From: an uncultured Gammaproteobacteria bacterium
Lineage (GTDB): Bacteria > Patescibacteriota > Microgenomatia > Levybacterales > GWA1-39-11
Direction: 5' to 3'
Assembly (NCBI GenBank): GCA_964394645.1
Contig: CAYMYC010000001.1
Span: forward strand, 359,705-423,704
Length of the DNA: 64,000 nucleotides
Shown here one piece after another: positions 29,793 to 38,611 of the stretch. Below the pieces are notes generated by a model. It was not told the DNA's origin. It was given only the letters and a program-made list of their open reading frames with translations, and searched no databases. Numbering within the stretch: position 1 is the first letter of the stretch; every line of letters begins with the position of its first letter. Both the position numbers and the translations under genes were made by a program.

Positions 29793-30884
29793 ATGATAAA
29801 TGTAACAAAAACATACTTACCTCCCTTAAACCTCTATATAAAGTATCTTAGGAAAATATGGAAAAATAATTGGGTAACAAATGACGGCGAGTTTAGCCAG
29901 CAATTAGAGGCGGAATTAAAGAAATTTCTTGAGGTTAAAAATATAGTTTTACTTGGAAATGGAACTCTCGCCTTGCAACTTACATATAGAGCTTTAGATT
30001 TAAAGGGTGAGGTGATAACTACTCCTTTCACTTTTCCAGCGACTACTAATTCTCTAATTTGGGAAGGAATAAAACCGGTATTTGTAGACATAGATCCCAA
30101 TACGTTTAATATAGATCCAAAAGAAGTCGAGAAAAAGATTAATAAAGACACATCTGCAATACTCGCAGTTCATGTCTTTGGTAACCCATGTGATGTAGAA
30201 AGTCTTTCAAAGATAGCTAAGAAATATAACTTGAAACTTATTTACGATGCGGCTCATGTATTTGGGGTTGAGTATAAAAGAAAGTCAATATTGGAATGGG
30301 GTAATGCAAGTACCCTAAGTTTCCATGCGGCAAAAACTTTTCATACGATTGAAGGAGGAGCAGTTGTAAGTAGAAATAAGATTACAAGAGATAAAATTAA
30401 ATTGCTTTCAAATCATGGTATTAAATCAAAGGATGAAATAGTGATGGCAGGCATAAATGCCAGAATGAATGAGTTTGAGGCAGTGATGGGATTATTGCAG
30501 TTAAAGAATTACAGAAGTAGGGCGGAGAAGAGAAAGAAAATTTATGATTTTTACGCCTCTCAATTTAGAAACAATCCACGATTAAAACTACAAAGTTTAA
30601 ATAAAAATTTAACTTATTTTACATACCCTTATTTCCCAGTTTGCTTTGAGAGCGAAAAGATTACAAAGAAAGTTTTAGGTGTTCTTTTAAGAAATGCAAT
30701 AATTCCGAGAAGATATTTTTATCCTTCCATTCACGAATTTTCCTATATTAATAAAAAATATAATTTGAAAAACAGTGAAAAAATTTCTCATACAATTTTA
30801 TGTCTTCCGCTTTATGAAGAACTTTCAATGCAAGAAGCATCAACAATAGTTAATTTAGTAGATAAGGTTATTAAATCAACTTAA
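29793..30884 (+). CDS. DegT/DnrJ/EryC1/StrS-family PLP-dependent sugar aminotransferase
   Basis: 'SFHAAKTFHTIEGGAVV' PLP-lysine region. 363 aa. Confidence 0.75.
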   Translation: MINVTKTYLPPLNLYIKYLRKIWKNNWVTNDGEFSQQLEAELKKFLEVKNIVLLGNGTLALQLTYRALDLKGEVITTPFTFPATTNSLIWEGIKPVFVDIDPNTFNIDPKEVEKKINKDTSAILAVHVFGNPCDVESLSKIAKKYNLKLIYDAAHVFGVEYKRKSILEWGNASTLSFHAAKTFHTIEGGAVVSRNKITRDKIKLLSNHGIKSKDEIVMAGINARMNEFEAVMGLLQLKNYRSRAEKRKKIYDFYASQFRNNPRLKLQSLNKNLTYFTYPYFPVCFESEKITKKVLGVLLRNAIIPRRYFYPSIHEFSYINKKYNLKNSEKISHTILCLPLYEELSMQEASTIVNLVDKVIKST

Positions 30885-30897
30885 TCCGCATATCATT

Positions 30898-32067
30898 ATG
30901 AGTACTAGTGGTAAAAAAACCATAATTTATCTTAATTATTCCCCTTACGAAAATTCTGGAAAGATACTCGATTATTTATTAGAAAACTTTGAGAATGTTT
31001 GCCTTTTTTCAATTGGGTTTTATAATTTGGAAAACAAAAAGAATTATAACAATCTTTCAATCTACAAAAATGGAATACTTATAAAAACATATTCATTATT
31101 TCAAATCCCCATTTCCTCACATTTAGTTTATTTATTAATTCCGGTTCGTTCCGTGATTACATTTATTGAAATATTCGTTTATTCCTACTGGTTAAGCAAA
31201 AAATATAAAAGAATTGATGCTTATTTTACAGCGAATGCGTTTACAGCATGGGTTGGTATGCTGCTTAAAAAGGCAGGAGTTGTTAAAAAGACTGTGTTTT
31301 GGGTGTGGGACTATTATCCTCCAATTCATGAAAGCAAATCTGTAATGCTTATGAGATATGTGTATTGGCAGTTTGACAAAGTAAGTTCACATTCAGATGT
31401 TGTGGCATTTGTAAATAAAAGACTTCTCAATTTAAGAAAAGATATGGGGATTTATAAAAACAACGTGAAATACCCCATTGTACCAATTGGAGCTGACAAA
31501 ATTGTTTTGTCAAAAAATAGAGAAATAAAGAATAGAAAGCCTGTTTTTGGATTTATTGGTGTTTTAAAAAAGACTCAAGGAGTGGATATAGTATTTGATA
31601 ATGCAACAAGACTCATAAGAGAATTTGGCAGTGTTAAGTATGAAATAGTAGGTTCTGGTCCTGATGAAATATATTTTAAGGCAAGAGCTAAGAAGTCTAA
31701 AATTAATACAAAGTTTTATGGATACTTAGAAGGTGATTCGTTTAATGATGTACTAAGGGAATGCACGATTGGGATTGCAACATACACTTCTGATGCAGGG
31801 AATGTTTCTCAGTATGGGGATCCTGGGAAAATTAAACGGTATTTAAGCTTGGGGATTCCAATTATAACTACTGATCTTATAGAATTCGCAGAAGAAATTG
31901 AGAGATCAGGCGCAGGCATAGTGGTTGATTATAATAACGGAGAGGCATTTATTGAAGCAGTCAATAAAATTATGAAAAACCAGGGAGTTTATAGTAAAAA
32001 TGCTTACAAGTTAAGTCAAAAATTCTATTACAGGAAAATTTATCCTAAAATGTTTGATACTATATAA
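30898..32067 (+). CDS. GT-B-fold glycosyltransferase (non-canonical GT4-like)
   Basis: 'IGIATYTSDAGNVSQYGDPGKIKRYLSLGIPIITT' parallels ORF 18222's 'IGLAPYRN...DAGKIRAYCASGLPVVSS'. Confidence 0.5.
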   Translation: MSTSGKKTIIYLNYSPYENSGKILDYLLENFENVCLFSIGFYNLENKKNYNNLSIYKNGILIKTYSLFQIPISSHLVYLLIPVRSVITFIEIFVYSYWLSKKYKRIDAYFTANAFTAWVGMLLKKAGVVKKTVFWVWDYYPPIHESKSVMLMRYVYWQFDKVSSHSDVVAFVNKRLLNLRKDMGIYKNNVKYPIVPIGADKIVLSKNREIKNRKPVFGFIGVLKKTQGVDIVFDNATRLIREFGSVKYEIVGSGPDEIYFKARAKKSKINTKFYGYLEGDSFNDVLRECTIGIATYTSDAGNVSQYGDPGKIKRYLSLGIPIITTDLIEFAEEIERSGAGIVVDYNNGEAFIEAVNKIMKNQGVYSKNAYKLSQKFYYRKIYPKMFDTI

Positions 32068-32070
32068 ATA

Positions 32071-34101
32071 ATGGGTGCCATACAAAAATATCTTGCTTTT
32101 TGTTTTATAGTTATATTTTTTCTGGTAGTTTTTAGAGGGTGGTTTTCATCTGGTGTGTTATCCAGTGGAGATTGGCCCTATCTTTACCCCTCCTCAATTA
32201 GTCAGATAGTTTCATTTTCTTCTTGGGATGTTTTATTTAATAATGGCATGGGTCAGAGCTCATTGCCCAAGATTTGGTTTGATTCCTATGCTTTAAGTCT
32301 TGTAAAGATCGCAAACACACTCTCATGGCCTGTATTTGAGAGACTAATTTGGTTTTTTCCGTATGTGCTCCTATCTTTCAGCGGCGCATATTTACTCTCA
32401 AGAAAAATTGGACTAAGTTACTATTCCAACTTGTTGTCTGGACTCATTTACAGTAGTAACACATACATAATTTTGATAGTTTCAGGAGGGCAGGTGGGCG
32501 TATTTACTGCATATGCTTTTCTCCCTTATGCTTTTTACGGACTCTATCATTTATTTAATAATTTTTCTATTAAAAATTCTGTAATTTTTGGGTTACTCAC
32601 CTCTATAGTTATTCTTCTTGATTTACGAATAGGATATATGTTTCTTTTGGCTGTTTGCGTATTTTCCTTGTTTTATCTTTTACTTAATTCAAAAGACCTA
32701 GTAAAAAAAGCTATTTACTTATTTATTATTCCCGGGGTGATTGCATTTCTTCTCCATTTTTACTGGATTTTTCCAATTCTTTTAATGGGTAGAAGTCCTG
32801 TTTCTGAGCTAAGTGATATTTATGCGTCATCTGATTCACTTAGTTTTTTTAGCTTTGCAAAACTGGAAACTGCTGCAGGGTTGCTGCATCCCAATTGGCC
32901 AGAAAATATATTTGGGAAAGTATCATTTTTAAGGCCAGAGTTTTTAATTCTTCCAATTCTTGGATTCATGTCATTATTGTTCATTGATAAAGAATCTAAG
33001 CCGCTAAAATTATCTATATTGTCTTTTACAGTTTTGGGACTTGTGGGAATTTTTCTTTCAAAAGGTACAAATGATCCTTTTGGGGAAGTTTATAGGGCAA
33101 TGTTTGATTTTCTTCCTGGTTTTGTTATGTTTCGAGATCCTACCAAATGGTATCTGTTTATTGCACTTTTTTTTTGCATTTTGATTCCTTACTGTTTAGA
33201 AAAATTATCAAAGATTAACGTGACAAGCAAAACAATTAAAAATAGTAGTTTTATTTTCTTTGTTCTCTTTTTTGTTTTTTGGAATTTCCTTATAAAGGAC
33301 GCATATAACGGTGTTTTGAAAGGTACACTCGTCTCAAGAAATATTCCTGAAAATTATAAGACTCTAGCTTCAGACTTGCAAAAAGATGGTAAATTTTACA
33401 GGACATTATGGGTCCCACAGTTTTCTACATTTGGATATGTTTCTGGCTTGAAACCGGCTATTCCAGCTATGGATTTCTTTTCTGCAACGTCTCAAAAAGA
33501 TTTAAAAAAGAAGTTAAAACACCCCGTAACTGAAAAGATCTTAAAAGAGGCTTCAGTAAAATACATTATTATTCCAGATGATATAGATGGCAAGATTTTT
33601 ACAAATGGTAGAAAATATGATGAAAGGGTTTACCAAAAAACTTTAAAAGACCTTGAGGGCATAGAGTATTTATCAAAAACAAATGAGTACGGAAAGCTAG
33701 TAGTTTTTGAGTTAAAAAATCCGAAAGACCATTTTTGGAGCACATCAGCAAATGTCGGAATTGCATATGAATCCAAACACCCCACAAGGTATGTGATTTC
33801 TTTAAGTAATGTTAAGAAGGGAGACAAGTTAATTTTTACTGAAAGTTATGATAGGTTTTGGAGCGCTACAAGAAAACCTAATGACCCATCTCAGAGAGCA
33901 ATGATACCAAGTGTGGTTTATAAATCAGGCAATCAAGGGTTAAATAGTTTTGTCCTTCCAGACAATGGTTCATACATGCTTGAAGTGTACTACCAGCCCC
34001 AAAAATGGATAAATAGTGGAATTTTGGTGAGCGGGTTTGCTTTGGCCGCTATAATAGTTTTTTTAAGCTTTAAGACATGGAAAGGATTTAAAAAATCATG
34101 A
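32071..34101 (+). CDS. YfhO-like GT-C membrane glycosyltransferase candidate
   Basis: 676 aa. Multi-TM N-domain with 'LSSGDWPYLYP'. Extracytoplasmic domain with 'YDRFWSATRKP' (nt 33847..33861). Terminal TM anchor. Confidence 0.5.
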   Translation: MGAIQKYLAFCFIVIFFLVVFRGWFSSGVLSSGDWPYLYPSSISQIVSFSSWDVLFNNGMGQSSLPKIWFDSYALSLVKIANTLSWPVFERLIWFFPYVLLSFSGAYLLSRKIGLSYYSNLLSGLIYSSNTYIILIVSGGQVGVFTAYAFLPYAFYGLYHLFNNFSIKNSVIFGLLTSIVILLDLRIGYMFLLAVCVFSLFYLLLNSKDLVKKAIYLFIIPGVIAFLLHFYWIFPILLMGRSPVSELSDIYASSDSLSFFSFAKLETAAGLLHPNWPENIFGKVSFLRPEFLILPILGFMSLLFIDKESKPLKLSILSFTVLGLVGIFLSKGTNDPFGEVYRAMFDFLPGFVMFRDPTKWYLFIALFFCILIPYCLEKLSKINVTSKTIKNSSFIFFVLFFVFWNFLIKDAYNGVLKGTLVSRNIPENYKTLASDLQKDGKFYRTLWVPQFSTFGYVSGLKPAIPAMDFFSATSQKDLKKKLKHPVTEKILKEASVKYIIIPDDIDGKIFTNGRKYDERVYQKTLKDLEGIEYLSKTNEYGKLVVFELKNPKDHFWSTSANVGIAYESKHPTRYVISLSNVKKGDKLIFTESYDRFWSATRKPNDPSQRAMIPSVVYKSGNQGLNSFVLPDNGSYMLEVYYQPQKWINSGILVSGFALAAIIVFLSFKTWKGFKKS

Positions 34102-34334
34102 AAATACAAGACATTATTTTTCTTGTCATTTTTGTAGCGTTGGTTGTAACAAGTTTAAAAAATCCTAGGCGATTTGTGTATGCAGGATTAACCTGTATTA
34201 TTTTATCAATTCCATTATTTTATCTATGGATTTTTTTCACAGCACAACGCCTTCTTTATTATGGATTAGCATTCTTACTAATAGCGGTAGTGATTTTCCT
34301 TTATTTTTTAATCATGAAAGGCTATAATAAATAA
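34098..34334 (+). CDS. small membrane protein (2-3 TM), possible GtrA-like accessory
   Basis: 78 aa, almost entirely hydrophobic helices. ATGA-coupled to the YfhO-like gene. Confidence 0.3.
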   Translation: MKIQDIIFLVIFVALVVTSLKNPRRFVYAGLTCIILSIPLFYLWIFFTAQRLLYYGLAFLLIAVVIFLYFLIMKGYNK

Positions 34335-34335
34335 G

Positions 34336-35355
34336 ATGAAAGTTTTAGTAACTGGAGCAGGTGGATTTATGGGAAGCCATTTAGTGGATGCCTTATTGGA
34401 TTTGGGTCATGAGGTATATTCTCTGGATGACCTTTCATGGGGATACAAAGAAAATGTAAATCCAAAAAGTACTTTTATACAACTAGACTTGCAAGATAAG
34501 GCAAAAACAGAAAAGTATATAACTGAAATAAAACCAGAATATGTATTTCACCTGGCAGCGGATGCAACTGAGGGAAGAAGTCAATTCACCCCTATTAATT
34601 CAACGCAAAGAAATTATGGAGCATATCTTAATTTGCTTGTTCCCAGTATAAAAAATGGAATGAAAAAAATGATTTTAACTTCATCTATGAGCGTTTATGG
34701 TGCACAGAAGCCCCCTTTCTCCGAGGAGATGGAAAGACGCCCTGAGGATATTTATGCAATCTCTAAATCTGCAATGGAACATGCAACTGAAATATTGTCT
34801 AAGGTGTTTAAATTTGAATATACAATAATTCGTCCCCATAACGTATATGGTCCTAGGCAGAATTTGGCAGATCCCTATAGAAATGTTATCGCAATTTTTA
34901 TAAATAGACTTTTACAAAATAAAAACTTTTTTATCTACGGAGATGGAAATCAGAAGCGGGCATTTTCATATATTGATGATTTTACGCCATACATTATAAA
35001 AGCAGGATTTGAGGACCTAGCAAACAATCAGATATTTAATGTTGGTCCGGTTGAGGAATGCACGATTAATGAATTAGGAGAGATAGTTTTGGATGTATTT
35101 TTTAATGGGGCTGTTCCTGAGGAAATGCGGCCGCAACACCTACCGCCTAGACCTCTGGAAGTATCTGATGCTTGGTGCACAGCTGAAAAGGCAGAAAAAA
35201 TATTAGGGTATAAGACTACGATAAACCTTAAAGATGGAATTCATAAGATGGTTGAATGGGCTCGATCAGTAGGTCCAATGCCATTTAAGTATTTGGATAA
35301 TTTGGAGCTCGTATCTGACGCGACTCCTACTACCTGGAAAGACAAACTTCTTTAA
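34336..35355 (+). CDS. NAD-dependent sugar-nucleotide epimerase/dehydratase (SDR)
   Basis: 'MKVLVTGAGGFMGSHLVD' and 'YAISKSAME' YxxxK. Confidence 0.7.
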   Translation: MKVLVTGAGGFMGSHLVDALLDLGHEVYSLDDLSWGYKENVNPKSTFIQLDLQDKAKTEKYITEIKPEYVFHLAADATEGRSQFTPINSTQRNYGAYLNLLVPSIKNGMKKMILTSSMSVYGAQKPPFSEEMERRPEDIYAISKSAMEHATEILSKVFKFEYTIIRPHNVYGPRQNLADPYRNVIAIFINRLLQNKNFFIYGDGNQKRAFSYIDDFTPYIIKAGFEDLANNQIFNVGPVEECTINELGEIVLDVFFNGAVPEEMRPQHLPPRPLEVSDAWCTAEKAEKILGYKTTINLKDGIHKMVEWARSVGPMPFKYLDNLELVSDATPTTWKDKLL

Positions 35356-35426
35356 CCTCATACTGAGAAGTACTTTTTAGACGAATGCATATTTTTTTAT
35401 CATAAATTGGGGTAGAATATAATTAC

Positions 35427-35966
35427 ATGAAAATTGGAATTGATATATCTCAGTTAGCATATAAAGATACCGGAGTTGCCAACTATCTTGAAAATTTAGT
35501 AGCAGAGTTAATTGAAAAAGATAGGAAGAATGAATATATTCTGTTTTTCTCATCATTACGTGGCAATATGAATCACACAAAGCTTACTATTCTAGGTAAT
35601 AATTCAAAGGTTACAATAAGAAAGTTTAAATTTCCGCTCTTTTTACTCGATATCATTTGGAATAGAATGCATATTTTCCCTATAGAATGGTTTGTAGGGA
35701 ATATAGATTTGTATATAACATCTGATTGGATTGAGCCACCTGTAAGAAAAGCTAAAAAAGCTACAATCTTGTATGACCTTGTCGTATCTCTCTATCCAAA
35801 TGAAACAGCAAAAAAAATAATTCAAACACAGAAAAGAAAATTATCTTGGGTAAAAAATGAGAGCAGTATAATTTTCTGTATCTCAAGCTCAACTGCAAAA
35901 GATGCTAAAAGAATTCTTGGAATTGATGAAAACAAATTTCGGGTGATATACCCGGGAGTGTCATAA
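35427..35966 (+). CDS. GT4 N-terminal-domain-only protein (truncated glycosyltransferase, possible pseudogene)
   Basis: 'MKIGIDISQLAYKDTGVANYLENL' is a GT4 N-domain start shared with ORFs 7216, 36018 and 45425. The ORF ends at 179 aa, before any EX7E catalytic domain. Confidence 0.4.
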   Translation: MKIGIDISQLAYKDTGVANYLENLVAELIEKDRKNEYILFFSSLRGNMNHTKLTILGNNSKVTIRKFKFPLFLLDIIWNRMHIFPIEWFVGNIDLYITSDWIEPPVRKAKKATILYDLVVSLYPNETAKKIIQTQKRKLSWVKNESSIIFCISSSTAKDAKRILGIDENKFRVIYPGVS

Positions 35967-36017
35967 TAAAAACTGTAACAAGTATAATTACCGTTATTTA
36001 ATCAAGATGAAATTTAT

Positions 36018-37145
36018 ATGAAAATAGGAATAAATGGATACGAAGCAGTGGTTCCTCGTTTTGGTTACACAAGTGAAGGATTTCCTAACCGTGTGGGGAG
36101 CGCTGAGGTTTGCTTCCAGCTTTTATTAGAATTATCAAAACTTGATAAAAAAAATTCATACATTATTTATCTCCCATCCCTTCCAACGAAGGATATGCCT
36201 GAAGAGTCAGCAACCTGGGAATATAGAGTGGTGCCCGCTAAAAGATTTTGGACCCTTATTGCACTTCCTATGGCGCTACGTCGGGATAGACCCGATATAT
36301 TTTTCTCTCCAACGCATTATTCACCTCTTTTTATGCCCATAAAGACGGTACTTACCATACTAGACGTATCTTATAAATATTTCCCTGAAATGTTTACAAA
36401 GAAAGATTTATATAAACTGTCCTGGTGGGGGAAATATTCTGTTAAAAAGTCAAAGAAAATTATAACAATAAGTGAAAGCAGCAAAGATGATATAATAATA
36501 ACATACGGTATAAGCCCGAAAAATGTTAATGTTATCCATCTGGGAATAAAAAATTTACCAACAGTCAGCATGACAAAAGAAGAATTATTTAAAAAATATT
36601 CAGTTAATACGCCTTACATATTATTTGTGGGAACGCTACAGCCAAGAAAAAATGTTAAACGTTTGATACAGGCAATTTCATTGCTAAAAAATAAAGAAGT
36701 TAAGCTTGTTATTATTGGTAAAAAGGGATGGATGTATGAGGAAATTCTTTCAGCTCCTGAAAAATTTGATATCTTAAATCGTGTCACTTTTTTGCATGAA
36801 GTTGTAAATGCTGAGCTTCCTTTTTTCTATAAACACGCGTCACTATTTGTTCTCCCTAGTTTATACGAGGGTTTTGGTTTGCCAATTCTTGAAGCGATGA
36901 AATATAAATGTCCGGTAGTGACAAGTAATGTAAGTAGCTTGCCGGAAGCAGGAGGAGACGCAGCTCTTTATGTTAATCCGGAAGATGTTTCAGAGATTGC
37001 AGAAAAAATTGATGAAGTACTTGGAAACACAAAATTAAGGGATAGAATGATAAAATTAGGAGACGCTCAAGTTAAAAAATTTTCGTGGGATAAAGCAGCT
37101 AGAGAAGTAATAACGGTTTTTGAGGAAACCTTTGGAAAAGAATAG
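36018..37145 (+). CDS. family 4 glycosyltransferase
   Basis: 'PSLYEGFGLPILEAMKYKCPVVTSNVSSLPE'. Confidence 0.75.
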   Translation: MKIGINGYEAVVPRFGYTSEGFPNRVGSAEVCFQLLLELSKLDKKNSYIIYLPSLPTKDMPEESATWEYRVVPAKRFWTLIALPMALRRDRPDIFFSPTHYSPLFMPIKTVLTILDVSYKYFPEMFTKKDLYKLSWWGKYSVKKSKKIITISESSKDDIIITYGISPKNVNVIHLGIKNLPTVSMTKEELFKKYSVNTPYILFVGTLQPRKNVKRLIQAISLLKNKEVKLVIIGKKGWMYEEILSAPEKFDILNRVTFLHEVVNAELPFFYKHASLFVLPSLYEGFGLPILEAMKYKCPVVTSNVSSLPEAGGDAALYVNPEDVSEIAEKIDEVLGNTKLRDRMIKLGDAQVKKFSWDKAAREVITVFEETFGKE

Positions 37146-37192
37146 GATCTTTGTATTTGAAAACGATTGAAATAAAATCGTATTCATGATTT

Positions 37193-37744
37193 ATGAAAAA
37201 AATAGTTAGAAGACTTAAAGCAATAACACTGGAAGCAGACAATATGATATTAAGGTGGGTAGGGCATGTTCCTTCGCACCATTTTAGAAGATTTTGTTAC
37301 AGACTGGAAGGTTTTAAAATCGGACATGGATCAGCAATTCATATGGGGGCAGTATTTTATAATATAAAAAATATAAAAGTTGGTTCGGATACAATTATTG
37401 GAGAAAATGCTGTTTTGGATGGAAGAGATACTCTTAGTATAGGTAGTCATGTAGACATAGCAAGTGAAGTGATGATTTATAATGCTCAGCATGATTTATC
37501 AGATCCATCATTTAAAGCGGTAAATGCTCCTGTTGTAATAGAAGACTATGTTTTTATTGGTCCAAGAGCTATAATTCTTCCTGGTGTAAGTGTGGGCAAG
37601 GGGGCAGTAATTGGTGCGGGAGCAATAGTAACAAAAGATGTTCCAGAGTTTATGATTGTGGGAGGAGTTCCTGCAAAAGTTATAGGAGAGCGAAAATTGA
37701 AAAATCCTTCTTATAGACTTGGTCGCGCTGCTTGGTTTCGATAA
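37193..37744 (+). CDS. hexapeptide-repeat (LbH) O-acetyltransferase
   Basis: '[44 protein letters not shown]'. Confidence 0.7.
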   Translation: MKKIVRRLKAITLEADNMILRWVGHVPSHHFRRFCYRLEGFKIGHGSAIHMGAVFYNIKNIKVGSDTIIGENAVLDGRDTLSIGSHVDIASEVMIYNAQHDLSDPSFKAVNAPVVIEDYVFIGPRAIILPGVSVGKGAVIGAGAIVTKDVPEFMIVGGVPAKVIGERKLKNPSYRLGRAAWFR

Positions 37745-37750
37745 ATCTAC

Positions 37751-38611
37751 ATGAATGTTTCAATAATTATTTTAACGTTTAATTCATCAAAATACATAGA
37801 TGAACTTCTTGAGAGCATCGTACACAAATATAAAGGAGAGATCAAAAGTAAAGAGTTGGAAATAATTGTTGCTGATAATTCATCCAAAGATGATACGGTA
37901 AAGAAGGCTAAAACGCATAAAGAAGTAAGAGTAATTAACACTGGAGGAAATTTTGGGTATGCAAGAGGTAATAATATAGCTTCTAATTTAGCATTAGGTG
38001 ATGTTTTGATATTCTTAAATCCTGATACTAAATATTTATCAGGTGACATGTTGAAATTGGCGGATGAATTGAAAAATGAGGAAATTGGTGTTGTGGGCGG
38101 AGAAATAATAAATTTCGAAGGAGAAAGGGAGCTTTCTTGCGGAAAATTTTACAATGCAGTAAATACTTTCCTTCTATCAATGGGTCTTGAAGAGTTATGC
38201 GGCGTGCGTTTCTCGCCTAAAAGAAGACGGAAGGTACAATTTGTTAGTGGGGCTTTTTTTGCTGTAAGAAAGAAACTATTCCATGAGCTAAAAGGATTTG
38301 ATGAGCATTATTTTATGTACATTGAAGATAGTGATTTTTGTTTCAGGGCAAAACTTGCGGGGTATTCAACATTTTTTTCACCTGTTGCTGCAATAAAACA
38401 TGTCGGACAAGGAAGCTCAAATAGGTCGTTTGCTGTCGTAAATATTTATAAAGGGTTGCTATTTTTTAATAAAAAGCATATGGGTAAATTTTCTTATAAA
38501 TTTGTTAAAGCCCTCTTAAAAGTAAAGGCAGCTGTACTTGTAAACTATGGAAAAGTAAGCAATAATCAATATTTAGTCACGACTTATGAAGAAGCTATTA
38601 AAGCGACTTAG
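37751..38611 (+). CDS. family 2 glycosyltransferase
   Basis: 'VSIIILTFNSSKYI', 'IIVADNSSKDDT', 'YIEDSDF'. Confidence 0.7.
   Translation: MNVSIIILTFNSSKYIDELLESIVHKYKGEIKSKELEIIVADNSSKDDTVKKAKTHKEVRVINTGGNFGYARGNNIASNLALGDVLIFLNPDTKYLSGDMLKLADELKNEEIGVVGGEIINFEGERELSCGKFYNAVNTFLLSMGLEELCGVRFSPKRRRKVQFVSGAFFAVRKKLFHELKGFDEHYFMYIEDSDFCFRAKLAGYSTFFSPVAAIKHVGQGSSNRSFAVVNIYKGLLFFNKKHMGKFSYKFVKALLKVKAAVLVNYGKVSNNQYLVTTYEEAIKAT

Noticed and set aside
31302-31319. 'WVWDYY' peptide resembling the oligosaccharyltransferase WWDYG motif
   Set aside because: It lies in a soluble GT-B-fold protein (ORF 30898..32067), not in the periplasmic domain of a polytopic STT3-like protein. Coincidental.
37163-37185. 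Small hairpin AACGATT-gaaataa-AATCGT in the spacer after GT4 36018..37145
   Set aside because: The stem is 6 bp and AT-rich with no following U-tract. Too weak to call an intrinsic terminator.
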